The position numbers were made by a program, and so were the translations under genes. A stretch of DNA of 64,000 bases from NCBI GenBank assembly GCA_905331295.1, contig CAJNYD010000050.1, positions 62,001 through 126,000 of the forward strand, read 5' to 3'. Under the pieces are notes generated by a model that saw only the letters and a program-made list of their open reading frames with translations, searched no databases and had not been told where the DNA came from. Positions 55,710 to 64,000 of this stretch are shown here, in pieces (positions within the stretch are counted from its first letter, which is position 1; every line of letters starts with the position of its first letter). Origin of the DNA: Rotaria socialis. Lineage: Eukaryota.

Positions 55710-58700
55710 ATGAAGTTAGTTATATGTGTAATCGTTGAAAGAGATCTTGAGGCTTTGCTTCTTACTGAACAAAATTTGGGTCGTGGATATTGGTTTCCAT
55801 TCGATGAAATTCAACCGGGTGAAACTCGAACTCTTGCTGCTAAGAGAATAGCGAATAAAGTTAATATTTGTTAAATATCTTATCATAAATTATTTTTTTG
55901 AATATACGTTTAGATCGGCCCACATGATTTTGACCCAATATGTGTACTGAAAATTCGATGCAGTGATTTGCTACCATGTTTACCCAGCACACACACGTAT
56001 TATCTACTCACTAAAAGTTCATTGGTACTCATCAACTTATTTTGTAATGCTACTTTTTCTTTTTGCAATGGCAAATGTTTTTTTAGATACGTGCTAATGT
56101 ACCTAATACAGTGAAATCAGTATGGATGAATTTAGAACGGATAAATATGGCAATTAAAAATCGAGAACTACTTGGACTTGAACCGTATAATGTATTAAAA
56201 ACTATTCTTGAACGACAACAAACAAATGGATGGGGTATTCATGACTTTGAGTTGTATGATGTTTCTATTTTTAGTTTTGATTTAGATAAATTATCATCTG
56301 GTGGGAAAATATTTGAGGAGCCAACATTTCAAGTAGTTGATTTTCAACAAACTGGTTTAGCTAATCTAGCAAGTTCTTCGCCACTCGAGCAATTAATAAG
56401 TTCAGCTAAATTCACAAACAAAGGTGCAAAGATATTTCTTTTATATATTTTTTAACAACAAAAATATTCTCTTTCTATTCAGTTCAAGAATCTATTTTTA
56501 AAGAATTCTATTCATATACATTTCCAAGTGAACATATGAGTTTGAAAGCATTCACTGAAGCAATGGATAATAAATTATCAACGACAGAAAAAAGTAAAAT
56601 TCAAGCTTATTTTCGTGCATTCGATTCGCAAAAAAATTCATATTTAACTTATACGGATTATTTGATCGGTCAGTTTGTTGATAGAATTTGATTTTAAAGA
56701 AAGTTATTCTTCTATTCAGGATTAGCTGCGATGGATCCAAATACTTCACATGGAGGTATGCGATCATTTTAGTTTCTTTTAATCATACTTCGATGAAAAA
56801 TTTGATTAGGAACACCGGCAGAGTTACGTTGTCGATACATTTTTCGTTTTTATAATGCTAAAAATACAGGACTTATGTCAATAGAAGAATTTCGGTATGT
56901 AATTTTATTTTTATTTCTAAAAGATCTATTACACTTCTGAACTATCAAGATTTGATCGACTATTTCATGCAAAAACTAACCAAAACCTTCAGATGACGCG
57001 AGAAATTTCCTTGTGACTCGCGATTTCTACTATAACATGAGCAAACCTCTTACTAGTATTATATGATTCTAAATGTTTTAGCTATTCTCACATTTTAGTT
57101 TTGCTGATATATCTAAACAAAAGTTTCTGTCATAAATAAGAGATTTTGAGATAGATAACTATATCTTACGATATGAGATACTAGTATTTTTTCATCACTG
57201 TGAATACTTACAGTAGTATATCTAATTTACTATCCTTTTATAAGAATTCAATTACCTATCGCACATAGAAATACTTATTATAAAGCAGCAATCATGTGAA
57301 TTGAGTCGTGAAAAAGTAACCTTCAAAGAGCAGTACTATAGAATATAATGTGTAAAGATAAGAACTGTAAATCAACCTCAAAGATGTATATTAATTTATA
57401 ATCAATGGATCTCTAGGCAATGTATCGAATATCCTGACAACTTATCTTCTTCAAGAAGACTGATCAAGAAAAAAAAGTCAAAGATGCGTATTACGTTACT
57501 AAATTTTACGTATGCGATAGCTCAAAATACCTCGAGTTATCGAAATCGGATATAAATAGAAAACGCTTAAACTATAAAAAGAAAAGTGATAAGAAACAAA
57601 CCGATAATCTAATTAGTAACACTATTGGAATAGAATTCTAAATTAGAATTGAACTATCTTAAATTATAATAATCTTTTATCCGTATAATTATTTTGTATT
57701 CATAACTGTTAGTTGATATTGGTAGAGAAAATAATATCGTACATACAACTCGTACCAGCAGTTGCACAGTTTAATGCTTTTGTTTTTATCGGGTGGCCCA
57801 GGTTAAGTGTCCCTCTCAGTGTTTTTTCAATAACTTCATCATTTTCATTTTCTAGGCCTTAGATTTTTTCCAAAAGATTCACCATTCAAGTCTCTACAAG
57901 ATTGATACTACAATTTTTTCTGTTGAAAGTTGAGGAAAAAAATTTAAAAAAGAATATTCAACAAGTATAACAGCATCAACTTTCAAAGCTGGAAAATAGT
58001 TTTTGCAGATTTTTTCGTTGATCAGTGACGATAAAAATTAAACAACGTAGGTATTTGTAGCCTTTGCAAATCTCTATCTTTCGATCATAATTGAGAAGTT
58101 TCCATATTCAACCTTGTAATGCGCACTCTAAGTATCTTCTCTTTCAGATTTGTGAGAATTTAGCTCTTTCAATCTACAATTTCAATACTCCCAGGAAAAG
58201 AAACACAACTAAGTCAAAATCTCATTTTTTGCATTCATTTTTTTCCATTTTGATCGAAATGGTCCACTGTACCAAAGTGAAACGCGAAAAATTTGAGTTT
58301 TAATTTTTTTCTTTAATTCAGTTAGCGCCAATATCTGATTTAAGCTATTTTGACTAAGAGAATTGTCAAAAAGTCAGATTTTTCGATCTTTCGTTTGATT
58401 TCAACGAATTCTGAGCTACACGATGGGAAACAGTACACTTCGAAGTACTCAGTAACATCTTTGCTTCTGTTTCGTTCTGTGTGCCATTGTAAAAAATTTG
58501 CAAAAGTTTGTTTTGAAAATCACTGTGAAAGTTGATGTTGTTGTACTTGTTGAATATCTTTTTAAAATTTTCTTCCTTAACTTTCAACAGAAAAAATGGT
58601 AGTATCAATCTTGTAGAGAATTGAACGATGAATCTTTTGGGAGAAAACTAAGGCCTAGAAAATGGAAATGATGAAGTTATTGAGAAAACGCTGAGAGGGA

Positions 58701-61700
58701 CACTTAACCTGGGCCACCCGATATCACAGACTTGTGCAATTTTATAAATGAATTGTGCTCGTCTGATGAAGTCTACTATAAAACATGGATATTTCAATTG
58801 TTGTTAGCTTTGAATAGATAATCAAATACTGAATATCAGTTCATTATTGTTCTGATATTTCACACTGACTAGTGCTGGTCCTATCTTTGTAACGCATAGT
58901 TCATACAAGAACTTTGAATTTCAAAAGCATAAATCTCTCTCTCTCTCTCTCAGTTATTCCTCTATTAAATGAATAATTTGCTTGAATTTGAATATTAAAA
59001 TACCGTTTGTTTTTTCTTGTAGAGCTCTTCATACAGATGTGCAAAGTCGAAAAATCGGTAAAGCAAATGATGATCCTACATTAAACAATGAAATTCTATC
59101 GACATTCAAGTACGTTTTATTCACTAGAATTTTTATTTTTATTTTTTAATTGTCGCCTTCAGTTCTTTTAATCTACAACCAAGTAATCAACTAGCGTTAG
59201 TAGACTTTTTAAACTCAGTTGGACAATTAAAATATCGTGGTACATCAGTTCTATTTCGTCTTACTGCAGTTACACAAGATCTATTACGAATGTCTAGGTC
59301 TGCTTCTTTTTCCAATGAAAATATTTGTTCACATGATATAATTTAAATTTTAGACGATATAGAGATAATCAGAATGATCGAAGTAAGTTAAACTTAAATA
59401 AATATTTTCTATTAAAAGTGTTTTGTCAGGTGAAGACAACATCAATTATGAAATAGCTGATCATTGTGTAACATTGAAAAAATCTGGCACACTCTACCAA
59501 GTTGAATCGTTACGTGCTATGAATTATAATACTCAATTTAGCAAAACTACAGAAGAAAAATTGAGATGTTTACCACGATCACTATCAGAAGAAATATTCG
59601 ATCGAGTAATGAAAAATATAAAATGCAATGATTTTTCTGCAAGTTATTTTAATTTTAATGTAGAGAACAACTGCTACCGATATTCAAGAAATGTTACGTT
59701 TATTTGAAAAGCATGATCATACAAAAGATGCATTAGTGTGGTCACCTTATTCAACGAACCAGTTAGGTAGAACTGTCATTACTCTATGTAAAGAAGTTCG
59801 GGAAATGATAAGATGTGAACCACGTTGTCTTAAATTATCATCTCCATGTTATATTCTTGGAGATTTACATGGAAATTATGAAGATTTAATTTGTTTTGAA
59901 AAATGTTTATGGCGTGCAACACCATTACTTGCACCAGCATCATTTCTTTTTCTCGGTGATTACGTTGATCGTGGTATTCATGGATTGGAAGTAAAATTGT
60001 TTAAATCAATCATGACATTTTATTTTTAAAACAAAATTTTTCTATGTTTCAGGTTGTTATTTACTTGTTGGCGTCGAAATTTCAATGTCCAAAAAAAGTT
60101 TTACTTCTTCGAGGAAATCATGAAATTAGAAAAGTTCAACAAATGTTTAGCTTTCTAAAGTAAGTCTTTCAAAAACTATATGAAGTTTATCATTGAGCTT
60201 GATATATAGCAGAAAAATAACAAATTCCATCACTGAAGTATATTATAATTCTGTCTGAGTTAGAAGTTCATCGGATTTTGGGTTTAGGGGGGAACATTAC
60301 TAGATAATAATCAAGCTGCTAGCCAACAATTTTTTTAATAGAAAAAAACTATTTTAATTCTAGAAAAACCCTCGAGGAAAGATTATAGAGATAGAAAAAA
60401 TTCAGTCTCGAGATTTTGAGCTGAGATGTAATTCAGACATAGGCAAGATGATCAATAGAATATTCTGAAATGTTCAAGCGAAACTCGTACGATTTGAAAC
60501 TCTGTTTATTCATTATTTGTCAAATAACTAAAAACTGGATCGAAAACTGATTACAATGATCGTGAAAAAGCCTGTCGTAATAATTCTTGAAAGTATTTCT
60601 GGTCGTACTATGACGTTCTTATGGATTCAATATTGATTGAAATGATTGATATCAGTTCAAGTGATCACTGAGCTAGAATGTTATCGAATTTCCATATCAG
60701 CCTGATGAGCTCTATAGGAAGTGACGTGGTCTCGAGTGAAGGTGCTTGCTTTCTTTGACATCTCTCGTGCAGTACCTGTTTGTTTTTGAAAATCTCAAGT
60801 TTTGTACTCATTTTTATCTTTTTGGTCTAATAAAAATCTACATTGTATGAAATTTATTTGATTAATAATATATTATCACCTGACATTTTTCTCTAGTAAT
60901 ATGTACTCGATTCATTGTTTATTTTACTGTAAATGTGAAGTCTGTAAAAATTGTAGGCAGTTAAGGAACGCGATAATAGATGTTCATAAATAACTTAGAA
61001 AAACACGTGTCAGTCAATAGCAACTGATGTCTAAAAAGTAATTTATTTTTCCATGAGTATTTATTTCTTTCATTCTTCTTTGATTGAACCAAGTAAATAT
61101 TAGAGTTCTTTCATTGGAAAAATTTTAATATTTTTATTTCTTTCCTCAAAGTGTACACCATGATATGCTATCGTATATTAGAAGCTTTCTATACCTTTGC
61201 TTGTCTTTCATAATATAATTAATAGTCTCTTACAAGTAATCTAAGTGGATTTTTGCTATAAAACAACGATTTTTATTTTCATCAATTTAACTTTGAAAAA
61301 GTTTATTTCATTTAAAAAAATACTGATATGACATTTATGTGCTGTCAGATGTTTGCTGTTTTGTTAATAAATTTTTAAAGAATTCATTTTCCCTATACTT
61401 ACAGAGAGTGTCTTACAAAATTCGGTGATACATTAGGTAAAGAGGTATGGGATGCAATTAATTCTGTTTTTGATGTTCTTCCACTTGCTGCAGTAATTGA
61501 TGATAAAGTATGTCAAATTAAATTTAAAAAGAAACCACATCCGTTCTATATTATTTTCACAATTTAGATTTTATGTTTTCACGGCGGCATTCCAAGTCCA
61601 GCTTCCTGTCCAGGCGACTTTATTTCAATGGTTAATGATATACCGGTACCACTAAGTGATCCAGAAATAGAATCCCCACTTGCATGGGAAATAATGTGGA

Positions 61701-62881
61701 ATGACCCATTTTCTATTGATAAAAATATGATGCTTCAAATACCGAATGGTGCTAAAGCTGGATTTTTTAATAATACAAGAAGAAGTACAGGCAACTATTT
61801 TACTAATGAAGCGCTGACGGCATTTCTAGCGAAAAATAATTTTACACATGTTGTACGCGCTCATGAGGTGCAACAAGCAGGCTTTAAAGTATGCTATTTA
61901 TTTTTTCAATTTAATTATTTGAAAGAATTCAAAATTTAATGTCGAAGCTATTTGAATATTTTACACGAAACTGAAAGAAGTTTTTATCCCTATATGATCT
62001 CAAAATTAAAACCAGTTCTCTACATTTCTGATCACTCACCAGTCAATATCATACTAATAAATTTGATATAGGTTGTCAATATGGTGGTGCGGGTGTATGC
62101 AAGGGTGCAACATAGGGATAAAAAAAAGTAACAGTGTAGTTTTCTAAGCATCCAAGTACTGTGTACGTATGAGAAAGCTTCCATGATCTTGAATTCATCC
62201 TAACTTTGTCGATTAAGTCGTGTCTAGTTTATAACACGAGAATAATTTTTTGAACAAGAAATAGTGAATTTCAGATAGTTTACATATTCGAAAAATAACT
62301 AGCTTGTTTCTTTCGTATAAAATTCAGATATTCTCTTGAATCACATCTCATGTAATAGACCAAGTCGAAGCCAATCAAAGATCACGGTTGGTACATACAC
62401 ACATATTTATGCTGCCGCATTACCACCCCTGAATCTTGAGAGTGAATCCTAGTGCACATTTATATATATATATATATATGTATATGGGTCTAAGTAGTAC
62501 AAGAAATACTTCGAAAGTAACATGTCACCTAAGATTACCATTATTTATTATGAGAAACAACTAGTCTCAGAATTTTGTTATAATGATATTAGTTGAAGAA
62601 CGATAAAATATCATATAAATGTAGAGATTTGTTTTCTATTATCAGATCATATAGGGAAAAACGTTTTTTGAAGTTTTGTTCAAATAATTCTAATACCGTT
62701 GCCATTAGTGCTGATTTATTATAAGTACTACTATTTTAAAATATAACCTATGTAGGTGCAATTGGGTGGTCACCTTCTGACAGTTTTTTCATCGTCACAT
62801 TATTGTGGTGGTACAAACGATGCTGCTGCTGTTCTTGTTGACTCATCAAAATTACGGCTAATAAGACTTCATACAAAATAG
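55710..62881 (+). CDS. PPP-family Ser/Thr phosphatase with N-terminal Nudix-like and EF-hand regions, multi-exon
   Basis: PPP motifs [46 protein letters not shown]-hand-like [18 protein letters not shown] and [19 protein letters not shown]-terminal [26 protein letters not shown]. Confidence 0.88.
57789..58721. mobile_element. Tc1/mariner-type non-autonomous element with ~195-bp TIRs in phosphatase intron
   Basis: TA|TCGGGTGGCCCAGGTTAAGTGTCCCTCTCAG ... CTGAGAGGGACACTTAACCTGGGCCACCCGA|TA; imperfect inverted repeat extends ~195 bp; TA TSD; no transposase ORF. Confidence 0.92.
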
Positions 62882-64000
62882 AACGAAGAATTTTTTACTT
62901 ATTTTTGTTTCCTTTTATACATATTTTTTTAGTTGCTATCTTGAGAATATTGCTTTTGTCAGTAGTCAGCGTGATCTGTCTGATAAAATTGTTGTATCCC
63001 AATGAGAATTAATTAATTGATTTTTCATGCTTACTTAACACAACTCATGTTCGTCTGTGTATACTGATGTATTATTTTTTTTTACTTATTAACACTTATA
63101 TTCCTGAATCAACCCGAATATTTAACATGAAATATAAACAAGATAATAACATAATTTCTACTATATATCAATTACGTTTTCTTGATCAACCATATGAATT
63201 CAAATGCTATTAGATATTTCAAACTCTTCTGAACTTGAAATATGTGGATTCTTTTCTATCATTCAATTATTAGTATTTCTACATATAATTCATCTCAGTC
63301 AGGAAATGATCTAATGTGTTAAATAATAAGAATGAAATTCGTTCAACTATTTCAAAGTTCTAATTTAGTCGTAGTTTTTTATGCTAAACATATTTCAATA
63401 TCAGAAAATTTTCGTACATAAAAATCATGCCTGCAAGTATAATTTGTTGGAAAATTTTATTCGACCTTTCGTGATATGGAAGAATTTCATTTTCTCAAGC
63501 TTTCTATTAGCGTAGTATTGCAATTATATTCTATAAAACAAAGAACATCTGCCATAAACATTTTCCTTCTGTCTAGGAAAGTTTGGTATGCTTCGACATC
63601 ATAGAAGATTCAGGGTCGTCTCTTATGTGGAAGGTCATGATGACTGTCACTAATACATGTCTCAGGTACTATATGAAAAAATTCAACTTTTTGAAATCAG
63701 CATAAGTTTTATTTTTGAGAGTTACATGCAAATGTTGACTTAGCATGATTGAATTGACAGTGATCACTACGGGGAAAATATGGTCCGATCTCAATTTTTC
63801 GCTTTGTTCATCAGAATTTCAATAATTTTACTGTTTACTAAATTGGCAAATTCTGCTCAAATCTATCAAAACCAAGTAAATTTTAGCAAATAATACCCCA
63901 ACAGGCTGGTCTAATCATAGAACATTTCTTGTGACTGATGAACTTGGAGAACGACTGATTATAATATACGCATGAATTTAAGAATCAAATGAATATTATC

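Noticed and set aside
59423..60029. Apparent frameshift between two overlapping phosphatase ORFs
   Set aside because: Resolved by a 58-nt GT-AG intron (59606-59663) giving [22 protein letters not shown].
1..64000. CRISPR arrays, rRNA/tRNA, prokaryotic operons, autonomous transposase
   Set aside because: None recognisable; the window is intron-rich eukaryotic DNA and the repeats lack a repeat-spacer structure.

Overview
AT-rich eukaryotic genomic DNA with many 50-80 nt GT-AG introns and one 100-N scaffold gap (39399-39498). Gene content and style (short introns, Kelch and NHL propeller genes, MITEs) suggest a bdelloid rotifer; this is an inference. Manually spliced gene models, in order: 5' end of a plexin-like Sema protein (-), GIPC (-), SMKR1-like (+), MMD/PAQR11 (-), a secreted Cys-rich/Thr-stalk/Kelch mosaic protein (-), RYK/Derailed pseudokinase (-) with a nested antisense orphan gene, XRN1 (+), CAPZB (+), a geminin-family gene (+), an alpha-adrenergic-like octopamine GPCR (+), and a Nudix-like/EF-hand/PPP phosphatase (+). 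Several non-autonomous DNA transposons are present. The most striking structure is a 3.65-kb composite hAT-type element (17-bp TIRs, perfect 8-bp TSD GTGCGTCT) in the geminin intron that carries an intact NHL-repeat exon, i.e. apparent transposon-mediated exon capture. A second element (52223-52637) has the same one-left-end/two-right-ends layout in miniature. All homology calls come from motif recognition, not database searches.
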